From a virus, in IMG/VR virus record IMGVR_UViG_3300029875_000005, positions 11,208 through 75,207 of that record: a stretch of DNA of 64,000 nucleotides; one strand, 5' to 3'. Position 1 is the first letter of the stretch, and the number at the start of each line of letters is the position of its first letter. Positions 54,137-63,100 of this stretch are shown piece by piece. The notes beneath the pieces were generated by a model. The model saw nothing but the letters and a program-made list of their open reading frames with translations, ran no database searches and was not told the origin of the DNA. Position numbers and translations under genes: made by a program.

Positions 54137-54376
54137 TTAATATTTATAGTCGTACAACTGAGCGATTACGTTATCGTAAAGGTCTCTTGTCTTCTCAACG
54201 CTGCTTTCCTTCCAATGAAATGGATTTTCGTTTGCAGTTCTTCTAAGCGTGTTTGCTATTACCATAGCCTCAGCCTTAGTCAATTCTAATAAACACATCT
54301 TTGTTGTTTCCATTGTCGTTGTTGTTAAAATGTTATACATACAAAGTGCAGGTGTACGTTTGCGCCCAACGTTCAC
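54137..54376 (-). CDS. Hypothetical small protein (first gene of the leftward unit)
   Basis: The start is uncertain, with internal Mets at 54340 and 54313. Confidence 0.45.
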   Translation of the reverse strand: MNVGRKRTPALCMYNILTTTTMETTKMCLLELTKAEAMVIANTLRRTANENPFHWKESSVEKTRDLYDNVIAQLYDYKY

Positions 54377-54668
54377 AAGTTACATGTGACCTAACTCCCT
54401 TCGTTTAACGTCCGTGGGTTGACGTGTTTCGATGTTTCTCTAGTCTAACACGACTAGCGTTTTTACATCTTGCGTGATGAGTGTTTGAGACTTCTTTGTC
54501 TTGTTGCTTTGAGAGTTGCAACTAACTCGGTCGCATTTTCCGTTGATGTTTGAAGAGTTCTATCTCTCTGACTTTCCCGACTAATCTGTACTTTTATAGA
54601 GGTAGTTAAACGTGAAGTTCTAAACGTGCCATCGTTCCTCTAAAATCAAACTAACTTGATTTCGAGTG

Positions 54669-54676
54669 CAAAGATA
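54669..54676 (-). promoter_or_regulatory. Host-type -7 box TATCTTTG (leftward early promoter)
   Basis: The reverse complement of caaagata. A leader of about 290 nt follows before the first ORF. Confidence 0.45.
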
Positions 54677-54773
54677 AAGCATATTCTTTACTTTACCAAA
54701 TATTTGGGCAAGAAAATGCTTTTCTTTAACGTTATTTAAGTAAAGAAACCACTTTACTTTAAATAATAATGTG

Positions 54774-54781
54774 TACCTTTG
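54774..54781 (+). promoter_or_regulatory. Host-type -7 box TACCTTTG (rightward promoter)
   Basis: 30 nt upstream of the ATG at 54811. Confidence 0.5.
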
Positions 54782-54810
54782 TACGCAATAACAGAAAGCA
54801 AATAGTTTAT

Positions 54811-55134
54811 ATGGCATTAAGAATAAAAGAAATCATGGAAAGTAAAGGGTTGACCAACACAACCCTTTCAACGAGAATGGGAGTTACCAAACAAGCGGTA
54901 GGACAAATGGTGAAGGCTGAGTCGTTGACAACTGCAACGCTAGACAAGATAGCTGATGCCTTGGGCGTTCCTACATGGCAGTTGATTGCGTCACCTAAAG
55001 AGGTGGCTACAGATATTGAGGAGAGCAAGGGCGGCTTTTCTTCCTTCATCCGCTACAAGGGCATCCACTACACGGCAGACACGCTCGATGAGTTCTTCAA
55101 GCAAGTTGATGAGTTAAGGATTATAGCGAAATGA
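54811..55134 (+). CDS. XRE-family HTH regulator (second repressor-like gene)
   Basis: MALRIKEIMESKGLTNTTLSTRMGVTKQAVGQMVKAES. Start taken after the promoter. Confidence 0.7.
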   Translation: MALRIKEIMESKGLTNTTLSTRMGVTKQAVGQMVKAESLTTATLDKIADALGVPTWQLIASPKEVATDIEESKGGFSSFIRYKGIHYTADTLDEFFKQVDELRIIAK

Positions 55135-55337
55135 TTATAGTCCAAATTATCATGTGGCTCGCCTTCGGTGCAGTCTCACTTGTTTGTATAGCCTATCTCT
55201 TTAATGTGTTCGGGAAGGTGGAGGAACATAAGAAACCATCCATGAAGTATGCTGAGTGGCTCTTGCAACTGCTCATCGTGGTGTGCTACCTGTATTCGGT
55301 GTACACCTTCGGCAAGTGGCTGCAAGGCTTGTGGTGA
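55131..55337 (+). CDS. Small two-TM membrane protein
   Basis: 68 aa with two hydrophobic helices and an ATGA overlap with the HTH gene. Confidence 0.55.
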   Translation: MIIVQIIMWLAFGAVSLVCIAYLFNVFGKVEEHKKPSMKYAEWLLQLLIVVCYLYSVYTFGKWLQGLW

Positions 55338-55416
55338 GGGCGTCAGCCCCACAGGGCATGGGGAGGGCGCTTGCGCCCGTGGGGGCGCTGCCCCCTTATC
55401 TCCCCCGAGGATTCTT
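55338..55416. repeat. GC-rich multi-hairpin element, copy 2
   Basis: [GGGC-GTCA-GCCC]..GGGGAG[GGCG-CTTG-CGCC]..[GGGGGC-GCT-GCCCCC]TTATCTCCCC, then ATTCTTCACT. It shares about 45 identical positions with copy 1. Confidence 0.75.
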
Positions 55417-55485
55417 CACTCTCACCCATAAGGAGAACACACAAGAGAAGAGAGAGTACAGGGAACCACACAACCAAAGAAAACA

Positions 55486-55527
55486 ATTTCCCCAACTAGG
55501 AAAAAATATTTCTCCAACTAGAAAAAT
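55486..55527. repeat. Two tandem ~21-22-bp iteron-like repeats
   Basis: ATTTCCCCAACTAGGAAAAAAT / ATTTCTCCAACTAGAAAAAT. Confidence 0.65.
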
Positions 55528-55559
55528 AAAATCTCCATTTTTTTATTTGCAAAGAATCT

Positions 55560-55651
55560 GATCATAGCGCTAAAATGATACCACCTGTATCACTCAAATG
55601 ATACCGCTTTGTTAGCGTGGTTACAGGTGGTATCATTTGAGTGATATTATC
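55560..55651. mobile_element. 92-bp MITE with 30-bp imperfect terminal inverted repeats and 8-bp target-site duplication
   Basis: The TIRs GATCATAGCGCTAAAATGATACCACCTGTA and GATAATATCACTCAAATGATACCACCTGTA (reverse complement of the right end) match at 26/30. AAGAATCT occurs at 55552-55559 and 55652-55659. An uninterrupted copy of the target site lies at 55984-56020. Confidence 0.7.
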
Positions 55652-55976
55652 AAGAATCTTCATTTATGAAATAAAAACCGCCTAAATCATCTTCTAAAAG
55701 CCTTAATTCTAGATGAGCGCATTATCTTGCACAAAACCATGAAATCTACGAAAAACCCACAAAATAGGCTCTAATCTGCTTGCAAATGGCTCTTAAACGG
55801 CTCAAAACTCACGAATTTGGGAAAAATCCCGACCAACTGCCCGAAAATCGCAAAAATCTTCAGAAATGGGCGAGTTTAGCGTTGATTGTGGGTGAAAACC
55901 ATTCAAGAAGGTTGAATGCGCCTAGTTAAAGTTTGCTAACGAACTCCTTGCGTGCGTGCGTACCTATTAATGCAAA

Positions 55977-56020
55977 CCCCATTTTTGTTTGCAAAGAATC
56001 TTCTTTTATGAAATAAGAAC
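55977..56020. repeat. 44-bp repeat, intact copy (the other copy is split by the MITE)
   Basis: CCCCATTTTTGTTTGCAAAGAATCTTCTTTTATGAAATAAGAAC compared with CCATTTTTTTATTTGCAAAGAATCT|TCATTTATGAAATAAAAAC at 55535-55559 plus 55660-55678. Confidence 0.7.
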
Positions 56021-56217
56021 TTTCTTTACACCATGGCTTTATCGATCCTATGAGACAATTAAGACTAACTTGCTTATAATTAGCCGCTTGTCTTTTCTTT
56101 ACAATAATCACGTATGTTTACAAAATGGGTCTTCTAGAGGGCGAAATGGGAGAAGGAGAAGGGGTAGATTGCGCCCCGAGAAAGAAATTGGTGAGATTTG
56201 GGGCGATTTTGAACGAG

Positions 56218-56259
56218 GTTGGAACACGGCAAAACGGAACTTCAAATATTATATATTTG
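56218..56259 (+). promoter_or_regulatory. Late-type promoter: GTTGGAACACGGCAAA-N18-TATATTTG
   Basis: Third plus-strand copy with identical spacing. The first ATG downstream is at 56287. Confidence 0.65.
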
Positions 56260-56286
56260 CCCTCGAAACATCAAATAATTGCAATT

Positions 56287-57051
56287 ATGACGGAAATATT
56301 ATCAAAAATCCCAAAGCATTTGACCTCTTGTCCTGTACTCACGGACAAAAAGGAGTGGATATTAGGTGCTGCTGCCTTGGCTGGCGGTGTTGCGTCTTCT
56401 CTCTTTGGCGCTAACAAGGCTAAGAAGGCGGCTAGAAGGGCACAAGCGGAGAACACGTACAGAACGAACGCTGAGAAGGCTTGGTACGACAAGAACTACA
56501 ACACGGACTACCTTGACACGAAAGCGGGTCAGAACCTCATGAGAAGGGCGAAGGAAGTACAGGACGAGTATGTTCGCAAGGCTGATGGTGCTGCTGCCGT
56601 TGGCGGTGGAACTGCTGCAAGCGTGGCGATGGCGAAGGAGGCAGCTAACAAGGCTATGGGCGACACGATAGCCAACGTAGCGGCACAGGACACGGCTCGC
56701 AAGCAACATGTGGAGGATGCTCACCTTCAAAACACTCAGCAGTTGTCTAGAGAGCGTCAGCAAATCGAGCAGCAGAAAGCGCAGAACACTAGCGATGCGG
56801 CTCAAAATGCGTCAAATGCCATGTTCAATTTCGGTGTGAACCAATTGGGGTCAGAACCCGAAGGTGCTAAAGGGGTGAAAACCAACGCTTTAGGCTCAAA
56901 CGGAAAGCCAATTGATAACACAATTGTAACACAACAAGACCGAACCGCTCATTCTGCTGCCGCAGACCACTTGGCTGAGAGCATGATGACTCCCGAGGAG
57001 AAGAACCAATACCGCTTGAAGAAGGCAGTTGGCTTGTCGGGGCTTGGGTAG
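56287..57051 (+). CDS. Internal virion / membrane-interacting protein (candidate)
   Basis: Start MTEILSK is placed after the promoter, and the listed upstream extension spans the promoter. It has one Gly/Ala-rich hydrophobic segment and is Q/A-rich. Confidence 0.55.
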   Translation: MTEILSKIPKHLTSCPVLTDKKEWILGAAALAGGVASSLFGANKAKKAARRAQAENTYRTNAEKAWYDKNYNTDYLDTKAGQNLMRRAKEVQDEYVRKADGAAAVGGGTAASVAMAKEAANKAMGDTIANVAAQDTARKQHVEDAHLQNTQQLSRERQQIEQQKAQNTSDAAQNASNAMFNFGVNQLGSEPEGAKGVKTNALGSNGKPIDNTIVTQQDRTAHSAAADHLAESMMTPEEKNQYRLKKAVGLSGLG

Positions 57052-57272
57052 CAGCTAGGAGGTGGAGCGGATGAGCGACAGGCAAGGTGGACGAGGCACA
57101 ACAGGCGACCCCAAGACCCCCACCCCCTTCGACCACCGTTGCTAATTATAGTAGAATAATACAAATAAAGAAATTCTGCCTCCCCCCACCCCCTTTTTCT
57201 GGATTTCGGTTTTCCGATTTTCCCCACCCCTGAATTTTCTGGAAGTGTTAATAATATTAAATATTATAGATT

Positions 57273-57497
57273 ATGAATAGAACAAAGATTATTCTGTGTG
57301 GTAGAAAAGAATACGAAAGGCATCATAGACCAAAAGGTTTAGCTGTTGCTTACATAAACAGAAAGCCTTTTATAAAGAACCTCCCGAAACTAAAGAAGGG
57401 AACATGGAATATGGCTCATGAAGATGAAGCCGATAACATTCCCTTCACATTTGAGGAATTAGTGCATTTCTCAATAGAAATGTTCAAGAAAAGTTAA
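57273..57497 (+). CDS. Hypothetical small protein
   Basis: 74 aa. Confidence 0.45.
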   Translation: MNRTKIILCGRKEYERHHRPKGLAVAYINRKPFIKNLPKLKKGTWNMAHEDEADNIPFTFEELVHFSIEMFKKS

Positions 57498-57517
57498 ACA
57501 TTAAAACAAAATAGATT

Positions 57518-58681
57518 ATGACATTAGAAGAAGCAAAGAAGATATTGGAGAAAGAGTTTGCAGTGATTAGTCTTCACAAGTCAACAGAGCCATTTGAGTT
57601 TGACGAGAGTGGCTGGATTGAGCATGAGAAGCCTTCTGTGCTTGAAGCTTTCCGTGTTTTATCCAAGGGAGGTTATTATATATCCATTAGCGGCCATGAT
57701 TACGATATGCGCAAGAAACGTTTGCAGAAGGAGTATGAAAAGAACGCCAAGGCTCCCGGTTCTTCTGAGAACCGCATCAAGGAGGATTCAGGTGTAAACC
57801 CTGCCCTTAAAGAATCAGCCTCCCAGTTCAACGATGCTTTGTTGGATGAGCAGGCAAAGAAGATTAAGCGTCTCGGCAAGGAGATTACACGACTCAACAA
57901 GATTATCCACAAGAAGAACGAGGAACTTCGCCTTACAAAGATTCGTGAGAAGAATCTTGCCGAGTTAGGTCTTAAGTATGTTGGGGAGAATGAGAAGTTG
58001 AAGAAGAAGCTTGCAGACAAGGTTGTTGACGAGATTGATGCTCGGGCTTTGAAGAGTGCCGAGAGTGCTCTCGCTTATAAAGAGAATGTGATTGCAGAGA
58101 AGGACGAGGTAATTGCCGACTTGGGCAATGAACTGGCGGCTACCAAGAAGGAGTTGGAGGAGAAGACCAAGCTGGTTGAAGAGGTTCGTAAATACTCTAA
58201 GGAGTATCGTGAATACGGTATTGAAGCTGTAAAGATGATTCGGAAGATGGCAAAGGCTATAGTTAGTGATAAACCAGTATCATTAAAAGACTTCAAAGAA
58301 TATCGCCGCTTAGCGAATGGCTACAGTTTCAACTCTCAGCTGTTTGATTTTAGCGAGGAAGAGAAGAAGAAACTGGATGCGGCAAAATTGAGTAACATAA
58401 CTGCTAAGTGTATGAGAGCTGCAAGAGAATCCATTAATGATGTTTTTGAGTCTTATGCGGCAAAATATGCGAAAAGCACTCTCGATGAATTGAAAGACAA
58501 AGCTTATGAATCCTTTAACGCAAAGGCTCATAAACTCGGACTCGTAGGAAGCAAGGACGGAAAAGGCATCCCAGACCAGATGATTAGGGTTGATATTGCA
58601 GAGGAACTTTCTAAAGTACTTGATGACGCTATAGACCAATTTCTTCTGTTTGGCGAAATTATTATTAAAGAAGAAAAATAA
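57518..58681 (+). CDS. Coiled-coil K/E-rich protein (internal/assembly candidate)
   Basis: 387 aa with long heptad-like K/E-rich stretches. Confidence 0.55.
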   Translation: MTLEEAKKILEKEFAVISLHKSTEPFEFDESGWIEHEKPSVLEAFRVLSKGGYYISISGHDYDMRKKRLQKEYEKNAKAPGSSENRIKEDSGVNPALKESASQFNDALLDEQAKKIKRLGKEITRLNKIIHKKNEELRLTKIREKNLAELGLKYVGENEKLKKKLADKVVDEIDARALKSAESALAYKENVIAEKDEVIADLGNELAATKKELEEKTKLVEEVRKYSKEYREYGIEAVKMIRKMAKAIVSDKPVSLKDFKEYRRLANGYSFNSQLFDFSEEEKKKLDAAKLSNITAKCMRAARESINDVFESYAAKYAKSTLDELKDKAYESFNAKAHKLGLVGSKDGKGIPDQMIRVDIAEELSKVLDDAIDQFLLFGEIIIKEEK

Positions 58682-58684
58682 GCT

Positions 58685-60106
58685 ATGGCAGTAAATAATA
58701 ATCAGAATACGCAGCAGCCTAGGAAGAAGCCGGTAACTATCGGCGGCTATCCTGAGGCTGTACATGACCTGATGAGGGCGAAATATCCCGATTATGATCA
58801 GGTGATGAATGGAGGCAACGGAGGAGCCGCGGGGGTAAATGGCGGTGCCGCGGGGGTTAACTTTTTCGGGAATGGGGGCGGTGCTACCGGTAAGTTTGAG
58901 GCTCAGCCTGTTCAGACTGGCGCAGCACCTGTTACAGACTTCACCCATATGCCTAAGCAGGAAGAGTTCGTTCCGCAGGGAAGCGGTAATGCAAATCCTG
59001 CCTTGGGACCAGTACAGACTCCTTACATGGGCGATGCAGCAGAGGACACTCCCCAGCCTCAGAGCAACTTTGAGGGAATGCCGCAGCCTTCTACAGGTTG
59101 GAATGCTGACGGAACACCTCGCTATGATACGCTTTCTACTGCTCTGAGCGGCTTTCGGATGCCGCAGGAACAGCAGGTTCCAGAGTTTGAGGCTGACCCT
59201 AAAAAGAGGGATGGCGGCTTTTTCAGTTGGCTCGGCAAGGTTATACCGAAGAGCAGACCGGGAATGCGTGAGGGCGAGACTCCTGATGAGTATGACCGCC
59301 GAATCACTACCAACAGAGAGCGTATTGCAGCCTTTGCCGATGCTATTCGCCACATTGGAAACATCGTCAACACTTCTAAGGGTGCACCTATGCAGGTGTT
59401 CAACGACCCTACTGCCATGATGGAACAGGGTTATCAGAACCGCAAGGCTCAGAGACAGAGACAGGCTGCCCTTGATGCGGATGCTGCCTATAAGCAGGCA
59501 AACCTCGACCTAGATAACCGAAAAGCACAGGCTGATCAGATTTATAAGGAGTATCTTATGGGTCTTCGTGGTGAGGGTAATCAGCTTGCCAAGGATAAGT
59601 TTGAGTACCGAAAGGGAAAGGATGAGGCTGCTGCCCAGTATAAGAAGGATAAGGATAAGCGTGACTTCGAGTATAAGAAGGAGCGTGACAAGGTGAAGGA
59701 TGAGCAGGCTAGGCAGCGTCTGGCTATTCAGCAGTACAACGCAACCCATAAGGGGCGTGGCGGCGGTGGACGGTCAGGCAGGAGCGGTAGCGGCTCGGGA
59801 GCCAAGTACTGGTTTGAGGATAAGAACGGCAAGATGCGCTATCAGCCTAACAAGACCATGTGGGAACAGGAGTACTACCGTGAATACGGCAAGCTTCCGC
59901 AGGGCGAGACTTCTACTTCTACCAGTACAAAGACCATCAATCCGAATACTGGCGCAGAGGTAACGACCACCACAAGAAGAAAGGGTGCATCTGTTACCAG
60001 TCAGGCAGCAGCTTCGCAGAATGCGGCTAGGAATGCGAGAAACAGACCAAAGCCTGCCGGCAAGTCGAAGAACGGCTATAAAAATACAAAGAAACTTGGA
60101 TTATAA
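58685..60106 (+). CDS. Gly-rich / charged low-complexity protein (internal core or DNA-associated candidate)
   Basis: 473 aa. It contains GGNGGAAGVNGGAAGVNFFGNGGG, K/R/D/E-rich blocks and RGGGGRSGRSGSGSG. Confidence 0.55.
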   Translation: MAVNNNQNTQQPRKKPVTIGGYPEAVHDLMRAKYPDYDQVMNGGNGGAAGVNGGAAGVNFFGNGGGATGKFEAQPVQTGAAPVTDFTHMPKQEEFVPQGSGNANPALGPVQTPYMGDAAEDTPQPQSNFEGMPQPSTGWNADGTPRYDTLSTALSGFRMPQEQQVPEFEADPKKRDGGFFSWLGKVIPKSRPGMREGETPDEYDRRITTNRERIAAFADAIRHIGNIVNTSKGAPMQVFNDPTAMMEQGYQNRKAQRQRQAALDADAAYKQANLDLDNRKAQADQIYKEYLMGLRGEGNQLAKDKFEYRKGKDEAAAQYKKDKDKRDFEYKKERDKVKDEQARQRLAIQQYNATHKGRGGGGRSGRSGSGSGAKYWFEDKNGKMRYQPNKTMWEQEYYREYGKLPQGETSTSTSTKTINPNTGAEVTTTTRRKGASVTSQAAASQNAARNARNRPKPAGKSKNGYKNTKKLGL

Positions 60107-60123
60107 ACATTAATATATAATAT

Positions 60124-63100
60124 ATGGCTGGAGATAAATTTGACCAACTTTATAACGCCTTGAAAGCCGATGGCGCAGTATCGGGAACTAGAGAACATTT
60201 CAGACAGTTCGTGTATGCGCCTGGCAAGCAGGGCTATCATAACAGAAAGCAGCTCTATGATGCGCTTCATGCAGACGGTGCTGTTTCCAGTAGTTCGTAT
60301 GAGGAGTTTGCGCAGCGACTCGGACTTCACGCAGTAAATCCGAAGCCTCAGCAGCAGAAGCCAGTTCAGCCTGTCAAGAAGCTGACGATGAAGCAGAGAG
60401 CGCAGGAAGTGGCGGCTCAGTATCGGAAGCCAAGGCCGCAGAAGGCTCAGCAGCCTAGAACGGCTACTACTTCTGGTACAGACTACATGCAGAACTGGCG
60501 GTTGATGCACATGCGCAACGACCAAATGACACCATTGCAGCAGGCTCAGGCTAGTAATGCGCGCGCACGCATGCAAAGAGCACAAGAGCAGTCAGCACGT
60601 CAGGAGCAGCAGAGAGCAACCCCTATAAGCAGAAGCAGAATAACTCCTACTGCCAAGAATTTCAACGAAACGATGCAGCAGCTTTCTACTCCTGAGGCTA
60701 AACAGGCTAGAGCCAAGCAGCAGAGAGAGGACGATGCTAGAGCATTCGCCCAGTATGAGGTGGAGGCTAACAAGTTCGTAAGAAATGACGGCCAGTCCAA
60801 AGGTATTTTGGGTAATGATCTGCTCGAACTGGTAGATTCTTCCATGAATGAGGCACAGGAATTGACACGTCAGCAGTATCAGCAGAACCTTGACAAGATG
60901 GGCGGCATCTATGCGCCTCAGTCAGTAAAGGAACAGGCTTTCCGTGATGCACAGACACAGGAGCAAGTGAACCGACAGAACGTTCTGATGAATAATCTCA
61001 GCAGCAAAATCAACGAGATTTATTCGCAGAAGGGAATGCAGCGCCATATTGCCGAGAGCGCAGATAAACTGAACATGAGTGTGGAGGAATACGTGGACAA
61101 ATACGTTACTCCTGAGATTATGAACTATGCTCAGAAGGCTCTGACGATGCGAAATCAGGAGGAAATCATGCCTCATGGTGCGCTTGACTATATTGTCAAG
61201 AACCTCAGTAACTCTATTATCGGTATGGTGGTGGCTCCATCTGTGATGTCTAGAGATACACGACAGAGATTGCAGGAAGGTATTGCTATTGCTGATGGTG
61301 ATGCGGAGATTCAGAAGGTTGCCGGTCACAAGGATGAAACCTATCGCTCGGGAATCGGTACGAGATTCGCATCTACTGCCGTAAACATGGCTGCTGATTC
61401 TGGTCCGCTCGCCGTAATCGGTGCCGGCGCAAGTGCTGCCGTGAATACAGGAACCCGAGTTCTGACTAACGGACTGGTGAAAGCTGGCGTGATGAAGGCG
61501 GCACAGAAGCTTACCGCCCAACAGATGGCTTTCAAGGTGGCCAACATGACTACGGCACAGAAGATCATGTCGGGATTGGGAACCAGAACAGCAACAGGTG
61601 CTCTGAACCTTGCAGGATATTCGGGTGTAACTGCTGCTTTGAATCAGGCTTCTACTGGCGATGATACTTCGCTGCAGGCTATCGGCGAGGCTGGTCTGAA
61701 AGGTGCTGAGCATGGTGCGGTAACAGGTGCGATGTTTGGAATTTCGGGCGCAATCATGTCTCCTTGGGTTTCCAAGTTCGGTATTACAGGTATGGAGAAG
61801 AGTACTGGCGAGCGGTTGCTTCATGGCGCGCAGAAGTTTGGTGCTACGGCTGCCGGTCTGGGCGTTGAGGCTGGAACCATGATGGTTGCCGACAACGTGA
61901 CCGGCGACAAGGATATTTCCTTCGGTACTTGGTTGGAAGATGTTGTGATGGTGGGCGCTTTCAAGGCTGGCGAGCCTAGCAACTTCGTGAAGATGGGCAA
62001 CATTCTGCATCATCTTACTCATAATAGCGGTGGTAATTTCGTGATCGGAAAGAATGCCAACGGTTCCCCTATTGCCGTGGATATTCGTCTGACTCCTGAC
62101 GAGAAGAATGAATTGATTTCTTCTGCATCGGGTAAGAATCTGATGGATGCTTTCGTAAAGGTGGACCGCGCATCGAAGACAGCACCAAGAGATCCGAAGT
62201 ATAAGACTGCTTACACGGATTTCATGAGCGACCCTGACGTTTCTCAGAGCACCAAAGAGAAGGTGAATGCGGCCATGGGACTGTTTAACACGACAAGAGG
62301 CAAAAGCTACCGAAGCGTGAACGACGTGAAGAATAAGCAGATTCTGGAATACACCAAGAACGGAACGCTGCTTACACGTACCTCTTATAAGAATGCCGAT
62401 GAGCGCAGAGCTATCCTTTACAAGCAGAAGCTTTATCGTGATAATGACGATATGATGTCGCTGATGGGCTACGCAAGGATGAAGGATATGCAGTTCATAG
62501 ATGATGATGGAACTGTCACTAATCTAGCGTTTAGATTCCTTAAGGAAAACGGATATGACGAGAATAAGGATATTACAGACCCGAATAATGCCCGATTGAT
62601 TAATGACTTGCGCAACCAGAAGAGTGCGCTCTATCTTGATTGGACGAAGTATGCAGATAAGAACGGTTTGCTTGGCTACCTCAGATCAGAAAGCAAAGGT
62701 TATACTAATAACTTCATGGCTTCTATCAAAGAACTTCTTGGTAAAGAAGGAAGCATTGTTATTGATATTGACAAAATCATGCGCAAGGACCCGATGAAGC
62801 GTACTGATGAGGAGAACAGAATCTTCTATCATGTGAAGAGAGCACTCGAAGATGAGCTTTTCCCTAGCTGGAGGCCACACGCAGACCAGTCTGCCAGCCA
62901 AGGTAAGACGGTTGCCGAGGAGCATAGTCTGGGAACGGACAACCCGGATAGCGGCGTGGTAGTTGATGAGTTGCGCAATCTTCGCAACGCAGAGCAAGCC
63001 CTTGATGCAGCGATGGATAGCAACGATGTGTTCAAGCAAACCTTTGAGCAATTGCACCAGCAGGGCTTAACGCCGGCACAGATTTACGATGCACTCATTC

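Noticed and set aside
54620-54817. 65-aa minus-strand ORF in the second switch region
   Set aside because: It spans both divergent promoters and the HTH gene start, with no supporting context.
56125-56286. Listed start of ORF 56125..57051 (and similar upstream extensions at 14708-14890 and 44128-44160)
   Set aside because: The extensions run through mapped promoter motifs or repeats. I moved the starts to the first Met downstream of the -7 box.
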